Assembly (NCBI GenBank): GCA_041694815.1
Contig: JBGFSC010000004.1
Location: 1 to 64,000 of the forward strand
Reading direction: 5' to 3'
DNA: 64,000 bases
Source: Elusimicrobiota bacterium
GTDB lineage: Bacteria > Elusimicrobiota > Elusimicrobia > UBA1565 > JACRDR01
Notes under the pieces: model-generated
Seen by the model: the letters and a program-made list of their open reading frames with translations, nothing else
Database searches by the model: none
What the model was told of the DNA's origin: nothing
Program-made: the position numbers and the translations under genes
In this document: positions 18,007-26,847 of the stretch, piece after piece
Numbering within the stretch: position 1 is the first letter of the stretch
Layout of the letters: each line of letters opens with the position of its first letter

Positions 18007-19372
18007 CGCCCGCCGAAGGCTTGCGCAACCATAAGCGTCCGCAGCCCGATGGATAAAAATAACGCTCGAGCGCCGCGGTAACGGCGGGAGAAAACCGGCT
18101 CAGGCAGGACTCGCAGCGCACGGCCGCCGCCGTCTCGGCTCGCGCCAGCGCGTCGATGAGGTGCTTCTCTAGGCCCGCCGGGTCGTATAGCCCCTGCGCG
18201 TCGTCGGGAATAAACCATATCATGGCCGCATGAGGTCGGGCGAAGGCGTCTCCGCTCCAAATATCCCATACGCGGGCCCCCGGGGGCAGTTGGTCGGCGC
18301 AGGCCCAGCGCCCGCGCTGGAGCTCATTGCCCATGGCGAGCAGGCGCGCGGAATCCGAAATTGACAAGCCCCACACGGCCATGAGGCCGATCGCGGCCGG
18401 CGCGCTCAGCGCGGGCTTGCGGCGGATCAATGCCAGTAATTCTCCAGAGGCCAGACGGGCCAGGAAGGGGGCGGCAAAGAGCAGGTATTGCGGGTAGGCC
18501 GACGGGGACAAGAAAAGGCCCGCCATGGTCAGCGCGAGAGCGCCGGTTTCCTCGGGCAGACGCCGGAATGATCGCAGGCCGGAGAGACCGAACATCCAGA
18601 TGAGCGGATCCATCCGCAGCGAGGGCCAGAGCGTCCGCGACTAGGCGACGGCCGCGCGCGGAAATCCTGCGTTGTAGGCGATGTAATGGGTCCAGAAAGC
18701 CCCTGCCGCGCCATGGGCGGCTAAATAAGCGATTCCGGCGAGGATGCAGGCCGCGCCGCCGGCTGCGGCGCCGAGCAGAAAGCGCGGCCCGGCGCCCCCG
18801 CGCCTCCAGGCTCCCGCGAGCAGCATTCCCGCCGCGGGAAATACCGCCTTGGGCGAGCACCAGAGGGCGAGCGCCGCGAAGAGTCCGGCTAGAAGGCCGG
18901 CGTGCCGGCTCGAGCCGATCGATGCGGCCGCCGCGGCTAGAACGAGCGCCGCCGCTAGGCCGTCCGGGCGAATTTCCAGGGACTTTTGCGCGAAGGCGGC
19001 AAAGAACGCGAGCCAGGCCGCGGCGAGAAGGCCGCAGAGTGGATCCTCATCCCTGCGCAGGCGAGCCGTCAGGAGAAGGATCGCCAGCCAGACCAAAGCC
19101 GTCAGGGCGCGGCCGGATAGAGCCAGGGCGTAGGATTCTTGGAAGGGGGAGACCCAGGGGGCCAGCGCGGCCCAGAACAGGGGGCCGTGATGCGCGAAGA
19201 AGTCGCGGAAGGGGAAATTGCCGTGCGAGATGAGCAGCGCCGAGTGCAGGTGCACCAGCTCGTCGGTGTCGAAATAGCGCCGCGCCGCCAGTAGTAGCCG
19301 CAGCGAGACCGCCAGCAGGAACGCGGCGGAAAGTCCCGACCAGGCCCAGAGCCGGCGATCGCGCAGGGTCAC
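17942..19372 (-). pseudogene. GT-C (ArnT/PMT-like) membrane glycosyltransferase interrupted by an in-frame TAG at 18641-18643
   Basis: FDTDELVHLH, PFRDFFAHHGPL, EIRPD motifs; the two ORFs are in the same frame across the stop. Confidence 0.7.
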
Positions 19373-19446
19373 CGCAAGGCATTGTAGCACCTATCGCGAA
19401 TTTCTTCCGGTTTTTAAGGCGCTAGGCCTGTGGTGTCCGACGATCG

Positions 19447-19947
19447 CTACTTTTTCAAAAACGCAACAACCGAAGCCAAGGTCAAGGCGACCCCCCAGAT
19501 CGCGAAACCAAGGGGAGAAGGGCTATCATAGGCGCCAGCCATTGCCAAGAAGGTGAGTCCTACGATGAGGAGAGCCACTCCAACACTGGAGTTGCCAGCC
19601 TGATCCTGGGCGAAGGAGCGCGCAACATTAGGAATATGCCGCCTCTTTCCTTTCCGAAGCGAATCGCTTGTAGGCGGGGCGCCGGATTCCTTGGCCTTTT
19701 CCACGACTGCGACCGATGCGTCATTTCGGCTCACGTTTGCGCCTTCTAACACTTTTTGACCATCGGCGGCAGTCGTTGAAGCACTTTCAGCCGATCCGTT
19801 TGCAATTTGCGTTTGAGTTAAAACGCCAACCGCATCGTTTAGGCGGCCTATGCTATCGCTAGCTTGTTCGGTAGAGAAGGCGAAACTGCATCCCAAAACG
19901 GCGGGTATAATGATTCCAGACAAGGCCCCTAATATACGCTTCTGCAT
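19447..19947 (-). CDS. Orphan secreted protein with low-complexity leader and two C-terminal TM helices
   Basis: RBS GGAGG, signal peptide, lower GC. Confidence 0.7.
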   Translation of the reverse strand: MQKRILGALSGIIIPAVLGCSFAFSTEQASDSIGRLNDAVGVLTQTQIANGSAESASTTAADGQKVLEGANVSRNDASVAVVEKAKESGAPPTSDSLRKGKRRHIPNVARSFAQDQAGNSSVGVALLIVGLTFLAMAGAYDSPSPLGFAIWGVALTLASVVAFLKK

Positions 19948-19988
19948 TATTCCTCCCGCTGAAAAACTTATTCAGCGTTATCGTGAGG

Positions 19989-20079
19989 ATTGTACCGGTT
20001 GGCCCAGGTTTTCGACAGGAGCGAAAGACCCAAAATCGGCCTAGGCACTCGGATCCACGGCGATTGGGCCTTTTGGTAC
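19989..20079 (-). promoter_or_regulatory. Triple-box promoter
   Basis: -10 TACAAT (19989-19994); boxes at 20018, 20043 and 20066. Confidence 0.6.
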
Positions 20080-20128
20080 CGAGCTGGCTGCGGCTGATCC
20101 CTGAAAAAGTGTTGTAGAATCAATCATA

Positions 20129-20202
20129 CGGGGTGTAGCTCAATTGGCTAGAGCGCCTGGTTTGGGACCAGGAGGTTCTCGGTTCGAGCCCGAGCACCCC
20201 GA
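20129..20202 (+). tRNA. tRNA-Pro(TGG), CCA not encoded
   Basis: CGGGGTG/CACCCCG acceptor stem, CCTGG-TTTGGGA-CCAGG anticodon arm, GGTTCGAGCC; -10 TAGAAT at 20115. Confidence 0.97.
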
Positions 20203-20211
20203 AATTCGGTC

Positions 20212-21948
20212 ATGATCCTTATTCCCCTTCTGCTTTCTGGGTTACTGCCCTCGGCGCGCGCGCAGCCCGTGCGCAACCCCGATACCTTCGTCTTCGCCGC
20301 CATCGGCGAGGTGACGAGCTTGGATCCCGTCTACCCCTACGACGCGGTGAGCCCGGGCCTAATCTTTAACGTCTACGACACTCTGCTCGCCTTCGAGGGA
20401 ACGGACAACAAGAGAATAGTCCCGCGCCTGTCGACGGCCGTGCCCTCCCTCGCCAACGGGCTGCTGTCGAAGGACGGTTTGAGCTACGCATTCCCGATCC
20501 GAAAGGGCGTGCGCTTCCACGACGGCTCCCCCATGACCCCCGAGGACGTGCGCTACTCGTTGATGCGCTTCATGCTCACGGATCCCGCGGGCGGGCCGGC
20601 CTCATTGTTGCTTGAGCCCATATTGGGCGTCGGCAGCACGCGCGACGCGACGGGCAAGATTCAGGTCCGCTTCGAGGACGTGGAGTCGGCCATCCGCGTG
20701 CAAGGCGATCGAGTGATCGTCCGCCTTAAGCGTCCCTTCGCGCCCTTTTTGTCCATCATGGCCCGCTGGTCGTACGTGATGAGCCGCGAGTGGGCCAAGG
20801 CCCACGGCGATTGGGACGGCTCGGCGGAGCGCTGGAAGGAATTCAACAATCCTCCCAAGGACCGTTCGTATTTCTACGAGCATATGAACGGCACGGGGCC
20901 CTTCGAGCTGGAGCGCTGGGACCGTCAGGGCCGCCGCGTCTACCTGAAGCGGGCCAAGAATTACTGGGGCAAGGCCCCAGCCTTGGAGCGCGTGGTCTTG
21001 GCGACGGTGCCCGAGTTCGGCACGCGCAAGCTGATGCTGCAGGCCGGAGACGCCGACCTCATCGAGGTGCCCCGCCCCTTTCTGCCCCAATTGCGCGGCG
21101 TTACGGGCGTGATCATCGCCGACAGGCTGCCCCGTCTCATGACCGATCCCGTCCTATTCTTCACCTTCAAGATCAACCCGCAGGCCAATCCGGACATCGG
21201 CAGCGGCAAGCTCGACGGAAACGGCATTCCGCCCGATTTCTTCACGGACCCCGACGCGCGCAAGGGCTTCGCCTATTCGATGGACAACGACGCCCTGTTG
21301 CGCGACGCCTTCGAGGGCACCGCGCTGCGCGCCAGGGGGCCGGTGCCGCCCGGCCTGCCGGGGCATGACCCCAAAGGGGGCAGCCACTCGCTCGACCGGG
21401 AGAAGGCCGTCGCTCATTTTAAGAAGGCCTGGGGAGGGAAGGTCTGGGAGCTCGGCTTCCGGCTGACCGTCACCTATAACACGGGCGGGGAGATGCGGCA
21501 GACGGCCTGTCAGATACTCAAGCGCAACGTCGAGGCGATCAACCCCAGGTTCCGCGTCGAATTACGCGGGGTCGATTGGCCGGCCTTCCTGGATAAGGCG
21601 CAGCAGCATAAGATGCCGATCTTTGCCCGCGGCTGGACGGCCGATTACCCGGACGCGTACAATTTCGTCTTTCCTTTTTATCACAGCCAGGGCCGATACC
21701 CCAGCGCGCAGGACTTCCGGGACCCGCGATTGGACGCGGAGATCGAGGCCTCCGCGCGCGAGGTCGATGAGCGTAGTCGGCTGGAGCGCTACCGGCGCAT
21801 CCAGAGGATGGGGTTTGAGGCCGCGCCGCATATCCTGACCGTGCACCCGACCGGCGTCTACGCCATGCGCTCCTGGGTCAAGGGCTTCTACGACAACGCC
21901 GTGTTCATGGGCATCTATTACCACCCGCTGTCGAAGCGCTTCCCGTGA
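20212..21948 (+). CDS. Peptide ABC transporter substrate-binding protein (family 5)
   Basis: SLDPVY, IRKGVRFHDG, GTGPFEL, GWTADYPD. Confidence 0.92.
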   Translation: MILIPLLLSGLLPSARAQPVRNPDTFVFAAIGEVTSLDPVYPYDAVSPGLIFNVYDTLLAFEGTDNKRIVPRLSTAVPSLANGLLSKDGLSYAFPIRKGVRFHDGSPMTPEDVRYSLMRFMLTDPAGGPASLLLEPILGVGSTRDATGKIQVRFEDVESAIRVQGDRVIVRLKRPFAPFLSIMARWSYVMSREWAKAHGDWDGSAERWKEFNNPPKDRSYFYEHMNGTGPFELERWDRQGRRVYLKRAKNYWGKAPALERVVLATVPEFGTRKLMLQAGDADLIEVPRPFLPQLRGVTGVIIADRLPRLMTDPVLFFTFKINPQANPDIGSGKLDGNGIPPDFFTDPDARKGFAYSMDNDALLRDAFEGTALRARGPVPPGLPGHDPKGGSHSLDREKAVAHFKKAWGGKVWELGFRLTVTYNTGGEMRQTACQILKRNVEAINPRFRVELRGVDWPAFLDKAQQHKMPIFARGWTADYPDAYNFVFPFYHSQGRYPSAQDFRDPRLDAEIEASAREVDERSRLERYRRIQRMGFEAAPHILTVHPTGVYAMRSWVKGFYDNAVFMGIYYHPLSKRFP

Positions 21949-22586
21949 GCTCCCCTTCGGAAAAAAAACGGGTCGCGGCGATACGGCAGGGCCTTCGGCG
22001 GCTCTACCCCGACGCCCATTGCGAGCTCAATTTTAAAAACCCGCTGCAGCTCTTGGTCGCGACCATCCTTTCGGCTCAATGCACCGATAAGCGGGTCAAT
22101 CTGGTGACCCCGTCGCTGTTCGCCAAGTATAAGACCGCGCAGGATTTCGCCGATGCCGCGCCGGCCCAATTGGAGGCCGCCATACGCAGCACCGGCTTCT
22201 ACCGCGCCAAGGCCCTCTCGATCCGCGAGGCCTGCCGGTTGTTAGTGGAGAAGTTTTCTGGCAAGGTGCCCAAGACGATGGAGGAACTGCTGACCCTGCG
22301 CGGCGTGGCGCGCAAGACGGCCAATGTCGTGCTGGGCACGGCCTACGGCATCGCCGAGGGCGTCGTCGTCGACACCCATGTCAAGCGCGTGTCCTTCCGC
22401 CTGGGCCTGACGGATTCCAAGGACCCGGCGCGCATCGAGAAGGACCTGCAGACGGCGGTGCCGCGAAAGGACTGGATCTTCTTCGGGCACGCGCTCACCT
22501 GGCACGGGCGGAGGGTGTGCTTCGCGCTGCGTCCGAACTGCCCGGGTTGCATCTTAAACAAAGTCTGTCCCAGGAGGGGAGTTTAG
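21945..22586 (+). CDS. nth: Endonuclease III
   Basis: LLVATILSAQCTD, HhH LRGVARKTANVV, VVDTHV, 4Fe-4S cysteines C-x6-C-x2-C-x5-C. Confidence 0.97.
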   Translation: MSSPSEKKRVAAIRQGLRRLYPDAHCELNFKNPLQLLVATILSAQCTDKRVNLVTPSLFAKYKTAQDFADAAPAQLEAAIRSTGFYRAKALSIREACRLLVEKFSGKVPKTMEELLTLRGVARKTANVVLGTAYGIAEGVVVDTHVKRVSFRLGLTDSKDPARIEKDLQTAVPRKDWIFFGHALTWHGRRVCFALRPNCPGCILNKVCPRRGV

Positions 22587-23480
22587 CTAACGGCTTATCT
22601 CAGCCGGCCCGCCCATCATGGCTTCCAATGCCTTCCGCTGGCTGAAGTAGTGACTTCCACCGTAAAGGACGAAGACATCGGTATGCGTCAGCAGCTCCTT
22701 TTCCAGGACGTCGATGATGAATCGATTTCTTATGATGTCGACATGACCAGAAAGCCGCTGTGTGAAATATTTCCCATCGAGCAAGGGTGCCACTTCCTCA
22801 TCGTTGAAGGATTTAACGCCAAAGGTCTTATTGTTTCTCCGTTGATACCAATTCGCGAACCATTCAAACGTATAATCCGTCGGATGTTTCGGCGCCACCA
22901 GCATCGGGAAGGCTTTGATATATTTAGAAAATAGCCTGGGGGCCGAGTCCGGCGTCAACAGCTTCTGGCGCTTGTATGACGGGAGTCGACGAGTGAAATA
23001 GAATCCCAGCAGGTCTTCATTGCTATAACCCATTTTTAAGACGGCAGAAAGTATGTCGCGGTCGGAGGGTTCGGCGCCCACAAAGGGGATGCGGAGATCC
23101 ACCGCTTTAAGAGCCGCATAGGCGCCTTCTCCCGCCTGGCAGAATCCGGGCTTGCAATGCCTTTTGGCATCTTCGAGAAACCCCTTCAGATTGGGACCCA
23201 AATGGTAGGGGTATGGCTCGATCAATAAAAGATCGACCTTTTTGCCGTTGAAGATTTTATCGATGAGTTGGAACGTCTTGCTCGCCGTATCATGCTCATG
23301 AAGCCCGGCGAGGAAATAGAGATGCCGACCGTTTGAGGTAAATGACGCCACGAATGGCTTGGGCAGTCTGGCCGAGCGTTCAAGCTCATAGGAATACGGC
23401 TCGACTAAATCCGAGAACGACCCGGCTCGCGACGCGGCGGCGAGCGTCAGGAGCAATGCGCCGGCTTTCAGCGCTTCCAC
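22587..23480 (-). CDS. Hypothetical secreted protein (lower GC)
   Basis: Probable GTG start at 23480 with a signal-like segment; HEH, IRNRFI and VLYGGSH motifs resemble TraB/Tiki/EreA-like folds. Confidence 0.55.
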   Translation of the reverse strand: MEALKAGALLLTLAAASRAGSFSDLVEPYSYELERSARLPKPFVASFTSNGRHLYFLAGLHEHDTASKTFQLIDKIFNGKKVDLLLIEPYPYHLGPNLKGFLEDAKRHCKPGFCQAGEGAYAALKAVDLRIPFVGAEPSDRDILSAVLKMGYSNEDLLGFYFTRRLPSYKRQKLLTPDSAPRLFSKYIKAFPMLVAPKHPTDYTFEWFANWYQRRNNKTFGVKSFNDEEVAPLLDGKYFTQRLSGHVDIIRNRFIIDVLEKELLTHTDVFVLYGGSHYFSQRKALEAMMGGPAEISR

Positions 23481-23995
23481 TTGATCGTGCAGCCGATGGC
23501 GTGCGTCTCGGGCTCGCGCACCGGCCGGCCGGCGACAATGTCGTCGAGGGCCTCGCGCAGGTAGCGCCGCTTGACGGCCGAGGGCTTTTCCCAATTGTCG
23601 TCGATCTTGCCCGTGTAGGCGAGGGTCCGGTCGGGACCGAAGACGAAGAGATGCGGCGTATGCGTCGCGCCGTAGGCCTTGGCGACGGCCTGGCTCGAGT
23701 CTCGCAGATAAGGGAAGTTAAAGCCCTTCTGCTTGGCCCGCTCGACCATCTTGTCGAAGGAATCCTCCGGATAGTTGACATCGTCGTTGGAGTTGATCGC
23801 CACCAAGCGGACCTGGGCGGCGTAATCGCGCTGCACGTCGATCATGCGCTGCTCGTAGGCCACGACGTAGGGGCAATGGTTGCAGGAGAATATCACGACC
23901 AAGGCCTTGGCGTCCTGGAAATCCTTGAGGCTGTACGTTTTGCCATCTACCCCTTTAAGGGAAAAATCCTGTGCTTGTTTGAGCGCTGTGGTCAT
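23468..23995 (-). CDS. Thioredoxin-fold AhpC/TSA-like protein
   Basis: FSCNHCPYV, GATHTPHLF, YTGKIDD, AIGCTIKW. Confidence 0.92.
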   Translation of the reverse strand: MTTALKQAQDFSLKGVDGKTYSLKDFQDAKALVVIFSCNHCPYVVAYEQRMIDVQRDYAAQVRLVAINSNDDVNYPEDSFDKMVERAKQKGFNFPYLRDSSQAVAKAYGATHTPHLFVFGPDRTLAYTGKIDDNWEKPSAVKRRYLREALDDIVAGRPVREPETHAIGCTIKWKR

Positions 23996-24091
23996 AAACC
24001 TTCCTCGCCGGTATCGGCTTTTTAGCTTTTATCCATTCGAGCGTGTATAGAGAAAAAGTTGAGAAAGTGTAGAAAGTGGATGCCTGGCACC

Positions 24092-24985
24092 TTATTTCTT
24101 GAGCGAGGTCAGGTCCTGGAAGGTGATGCCGGCCCCGGTGAAATTGCCCTGCGGGTCCTGGATCACGAGGGTGCTAAACCCCAAGAGCCTGGGCTGGTCC
24201 TTGTAGCTCCAGCGCAGGTCCTGGCGCTTGACCACCTGCTTGGTCGAGAGGGTCTTGGTCAGTTGCTCGGCCAGGCTAGGCAGATGCTTGAGGGCCTTGT
24301 CGACGGGCTGGTTGATCACATCGTCTTGAAGCTCCAGGATGCGCTTGGCGGCGGGGTTGCAGATGATGACGCGCCCGCGCAGGTCCACGGCCAAGAATCC
24401 CCCGCTCAGGTTCTCGAGTATGCTCGCGTTGTGCGCGGTGACCTTATTGAGCATCGATTCGAGCCTCAAGAGGCGCAGGGTCGAGGACACCTGCTGGCAG
24501 ACGGCCTCCGCGAACTGGAGATCGTCCTTGCCGAAGGGCCTCGTGCGGCGATTCAAAAATTGCACGACGCCGACTAGATCGAGCCGGTCCATGATCGGCA
24601 GGCATAGCATCGAGCCGGTCTTAAACCCCGTGACGGCGTCTATCTCGGCCATGAAGCGCGGGTCCTTGTAGGCGTCGTCGAGCAGCACGGCCTCGCGGTG
24701 CACCGCCACCCAGCCGCAGACGCCCTGCCCCATGGCGATGGGGACCTGGCTCAATCTGTCGGGCGGCACCCCGAGCGAGTAGTACGGGATCAGTTCGCGT
24801 CCCTTGACCCCCAGCACGAAATAGGTCGCCGCCTCGCAGTCGAGCGCGACGGAGACCTTCTCGAGCACCCGGATCCAGACCTTGTCCTCCGAGACGTCTC
24901 GCAGGCTCGATCCGAACTCGAGTATGTCGTAGATGGCTTCCAGATAACGCCGATCCATGGAGGAGGATGTCTCTTTGGTGATCAT
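24092..24985 (-). CDS. GAF plus PAS sensor protein without output domain
   Basis: GQGVCGWVA, DAYKDPRF, VGVVQFLN (GAF); NPAAKRIL...TFQDLT (PAS), then stop. Confidence 0.85.
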   Translation of the reverse strand: MITKETSSSMDRRYLEAIYDILEFGSSLRDVSEDKVWIRVLEKVSVALDCEAATYFVLGVKGRELIPYYSLGVPPDRLSQVPIAMGQGVCGWVAVHREAVLLDDAYKDPRFMAEIDAVTGFKTGSMLCLPIMDRLDLVGVVQFLNRRTRPFGKDDLQFAEAVCQQVSSTLRLLRLESMLNKVTAHNASILENLSGGFLAVDLRGRVIICNPAAKRILELQDDVINQPVDKALKHLPSLAEQLTKTLSTKQVVKRQDLRWSYKDQPRLLGFSTLVIQDPQGNFTGAGITFQDLTSLKK

Positions 24986-26811
24986 AGCTTTTTCTTGGGC
25001 GCGGGCGCCCGCGCCGAGGGGGCCGCCGTCTTGGCGGCCTGCGCGCCTTCCTGTCGGGAGCGCTCTGCCTCCAGGAATTGTCGAATCCCCTCGAGCATCG
25101 CCCGGGCGACCTTTTTTTGGAATTCCGGCTTGCGCAGCAGCGCCTCTTGCTCCGGAAGGATGATGTAGGCCGATTCGGTCAGTATGGCCGGCATCTCGGT
25201 GATACGAGTGACTAAATAGTTGCTGTAGCGCAGTCCCCCGTCGGGAAGATCGATGTGCTTACGGTAGGCCGCGTGCACCCGCCGGGCCAACTCGAAACTG
25301 CGCGGGTTGTAATAGTAGGTTTCGAATCCCCGCGGCCGCTCGAAGGGATTCTCGCCGTCGCCGATGGCATTGTTATGCACGCTGATGAAAATATCTCCCT
25401 TCTTTTCCCAGGCGTACTCGGGTCGCCGGAGCAGGCTGACCTCCTCGTCGCCCTGTCGGGTTATCACCGGTACGGCGCCCTCGGCTTCGAGCATCCGGAA
25501 CAAGGCCTTGGCGATGTCGAGGTTGGCGTCCTTCTCCAGCAGCTCGCGAGGGCCGACCGCGCCGTGGGCGCTGGGCATATGGCCGGGGTCGATGACAATG
25601 ACGCGGTTCTTTAGCGCGTTGGCGGCGATGGGCGGGGGCCGTCGGAGGTCGAGACGCAGCGTCTTGCCTTCCCAAGAGGCGTGGTAGCCCCAGAGCCTTT
25701 GGTTCGGGGCGAAGGAGACGGAGAGCTCGACCGTCTCGGAGTCCTGCTGGCGCCAGCGGACCTGGCGGATGAGGGAGTCCTTGGGGTCGTAGACGACCCA
25801 ATTGGTATGGCCGACGGTGTTGTAGAGGCGCAGGGTGAACCCCGAAAGATCGGAGTTTTCCTCGACGTCGAAGGGCACGTTCTCCGTCAGGTTGAGCCGG
25901 AGCGCGGCACCGTCGGGGTCTGGCTCGGTCCTGATCGTGCCCAGCACGGCGCGGGGGGGCGCGGTCCCTTCGGGAAGCAAGCGCAACGAGCTCGTGTCGA
26001 CCCAGCCGCTGAGGACGGGAGACAGGCGCAGCCGGCTCTCCGTCCCCTGCCGCCCCGTCACCGTGACGCGGGTGCCCGGAAGCGGGAAGAGAAAATATCC
26101 TTCTCCGGGGGCAGTCTTGACGTTGACGATCCCGCTCGATTTGACCACGGCGACGGAGGGGGTATGCCGCACGGTGACCTTGCCCTTGGCCTTCTCCGAG
26201 ACGCCCCATCCCTTCTGGGTCTTGAGGGAAAAGCGGATCTCGGCGCCCTCGAAGCGATCCCCGTCGCGGATCTGGTAGAAGCCCTGGTAGATGCCGAGCC
26301 CCGGATTGGCCTCCACCATCGGCAGCGGCTTGCCGCCCCCGATGGAGAACTGGGCCGTGCCGCCCTGGGTGCCCTTCATCTGCGCCGTCAGCCAATCGCC
26401 CGGCGCCAATTCCAAGTCGGAGGCGGGCAGCCGCGCCTCCGCGTCGATGCGGGCGGGGCCCGGGGGGGTCGGGGTCAGGGGCGGCGCGACGAGTATCGAG
26501 CGGGCCGCCGCGGTGCTGCCGCCGCCGGGCAGCTCGAGCTGGCAGAGGAAGGTGAAGCTGCCCGGAGACACCGGCGGGAAGGCGATGAAACCGCCGTCCG
26601 GGTGCGGCTTGACCGGCATGCCGTTGATCTTGAAGGGGGCCTTGGGATGGCGGACCCAACCCAGAATGACCTCTCCCGGCGCCATGGACATACTGGTCCC
26701 CTCGCGGGGATAGACGATCGTGATCTGCGGGGGGGCCGGCGTCTCGGCCTTGGGGGCTGCGGCGTGCGCGCGAAGATGTAGCCCGAGCAGTAGTGCGAGA
26801 AGCGGCCGCAT
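24982..26811 (-). CDS. N-acetylmuramoyl-L-alanine amidase (Amidase_3)
   Basis: VIDPGH, EKDANL, FISVHNNA, PAILTE motifs; signal peptide. Confidence 0.92.
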   Translation of the reverse strand: MRPLLALLLGLHLRAHAAAPKAETPAPPQITIVYPREGTSMSMAPGEVILGWVRHPKAPFKINGMPVKPHPDGGFIAFPPVSPGSFTFLCQLELPGGGSTAAARSILVAPPLTPTPPGPARIDAEARLPASDLELAPGDWLTAQMKGTQGGTAQFSIGGGKPLPMVEANPGLGIYQGFYQIRDGDRFEGAEIRFSLKTQKGWGVSEKAKGKVTVRHTPSVAVVKSSGIVNVKTAPGEGYFLFPLPGTRVTVTGRQGTESRLRLSPVLSGWVDTSSLRLLPEGTAPPRAVLGTIRTEPDPDGAALRLNLTENVPFDVEENSDLSGFTLRLYNTVGHTNWVVYDPKDSLIRQVRWRQQDSETVELSVSFAPNQRLWGYHASWEGKTLRLDLRRPPPIAANALKNRVIVIDPGHMPSAHGAVGPRELLEKDANLDIAKALFRMLEAEGAVPVITRQGDEEVSLLRRPEYAWEKKGDIFISVHNNAIGDGENPFERPRGFETYYYNPRSFELARRVHAAYRKHIDLPDGGLRYSNYLVTRITEMPAILTESAYIILPEQEALLRKPEFQKKVARAMLEGIRQFLEAERSRQEGAQAAKTAAPSARAPAPKKKL

Positions 26812-26847
26812 CGGGACCGATTATATATAATTTGCTAAAGTTTACCG

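Noticed and set aside
18641..18643. Genome-wide TAG recoding or pyrrolysine
   Set aside because: TAG is a normal stop in many intact genes here (nth, sdhA, MT-A70), and no pyl genes are present.
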